This document shows, one piece after another, positions 62,750-64,000 of a stretch of DNA of 64,000 bases. Every line of letters begins with the position of its first letter. The stretch's first letter is position 1. The translations under genes were made by a program, and so were the position numbers. Origin of the DNA: Haliotis rufescens. Its lineage: Eukaryota. The notes beneath the pieces are model-generated. The model was not told where the DNA came from. It did not search any database and saw only the letters and a program-made list of their open reading frames with translations. Location of the stretch: positions 5,704,001 to 5,768,000 of the forward strand of contig NW_025963802.1 in the NCBI RefSeq assembly GCF_023055435.1, written 5' to 3'.

Positions 62750-64000
62750 AGGCTCTCTGTTCCCGTGTAAGTGCGACACTAGGGCGATCCGAGGCCTTTC
62801 TTCTTCAATCTGAGTGGCATCTTATCTACTTGCCCACTGCGAACAGGGTACCTATCGGGAAACACCGACTTTTCTGCCTTTGCCAACAAACACAGGAAAA
62901 TACACAAAAGTTTATAACATAAAATACATTAAAGATTTTTGGCGTTTGGGGAATTCTCACCTTACAAAATGAGGTGCTACATGATTGAGCTTCAACCATG
63001 CCCGCCTAGGTTTGATGTAGCCAAATACAAATGCATTACTCACGTAAATATAGAATGGTCATTAGGGTATTTGGCTACTTCAAATAGCACCATAGAAGAC
63101 ATACATACAAATTTGAACTCAAATGTTCCCAAGCATTGGGACCCACTGTGAGTTACGCGTCCTGAGCTACAGGAGGAAAACATGACAGTTGGCTATGCTG
63201 TTTTAACCAAACTTTTAAATCCATTTTCAAAACTTCAATTATAAAGTAAAGAATGTACTATTGCAATGCGTGTAAGATTACTTTAATGAGCTTCATGTAA
63301 GGATAATAAGGCCAGTATATATTGAGTGAGGCCAATAAAAATATTACATACACATTTAGCTTAAAAGTGCCCAAGCCATGGGACCAACCGCTCGATAAAA
63401 TCCTGAGCTATATGAAAGTATGGCAATCGTTATGCAGTTTTAATGAAAATAGATATAACCCATATAAAGGTGGAATTCCAGAACTGATAGAAAATACTAT
63501 ATAAATGTACCAAAGGTATATCAATGGTCATTGATGACACTGATACCTAAAATATTAAAAATACATTAAGAGGGTGAATGTTTATGCTTGCGCTGTATGG
63601 TGTGTGCAATGACATCGTATGGAAAATGTTTGCACGAAAGCCAGTATGAAGGTAACATGCATGTACAAAGATAAGAAAATGGTGCAAGTGGCAGGAGATG
63701 GGAAAACTAGCAAGAGAAAGGACCGAGGACAAAGCAAAATAGAATAAAGGACAGAAGTGTGGATGCGCAATGACTGTGTTGCGCATGATAAAAGAGCCAC
63801 ATTGTGTCGCTTACATCACAGACAAAAACCAGAACAACAACAAACAAAGCAAAGCGAGCTCAACATTGAAACATAAAGAACCTACAAACATGTAAGTCGT
63901 GTTGATGACATATGAAGTAAGATAAGTGTGATTAAACGTGCATGAGATAACACGATATTGAAGACGGGTGTGACTTAAAGCCATTATAAACAAGCTCCCA
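62750..64000. repeat. Upstream block of HYKK unit A (duplicate of 55072-56390), running off the window
   Basis: High identity to 55072-56390. Confidence 0.9.

Noticed and set aside
62939-63993. Short ORFs in the duplicated upstream block
   Set aside because: The paralogous block at 55072-56390 has indels that break these frames; no protein motif.

Overview
Repeat-rich, AT-rich animal genomic DNA with four assembly gaps (1861-1988, 3454-3720, 9195-9324, 32041-32252). The repeat content suggests an invertebrate, probably a mollusc (inference only). The only host gene I can support is a minus-strand tandem cluster of hydroxylysine kinase-like (HYKK/AGPHD1, APH/choline-kinase fold) genes at ~39.1-61.3 kb. 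It has one intact 5-exon copy (56965-61310, 401 aa, all GT-AG introns in phase), one multiply disabled pseudogene (45953-52259), one 5' fragment (39150-40029) and a ~57-bp exon-5 remnant. The rest is mobile DNA and tandem repeats: a decayed Gmr1-type Ty3/Gypsy element (PR-IN-RT-RH order), Penelope-like RT fragments whose ORF ends at the RT (Naiad-like), LINE 3' ends, four short retroposon families with similar 3' tails, a Kolobok-like TTAA transposon whose empty site survives in a paralogue, MITEs, long palindromes, and minisatellites (19, 24, 26, 27, 43 bp; a 4.3-kb purine-rich array). I find no convincing new protein-coding system. The best leads are two recurrent structured RNA motifs in retroelements (the PLE 3' UTR motif and the non-tRNA head of retroposon family B) and apparent gene conversion within the HYKK array.
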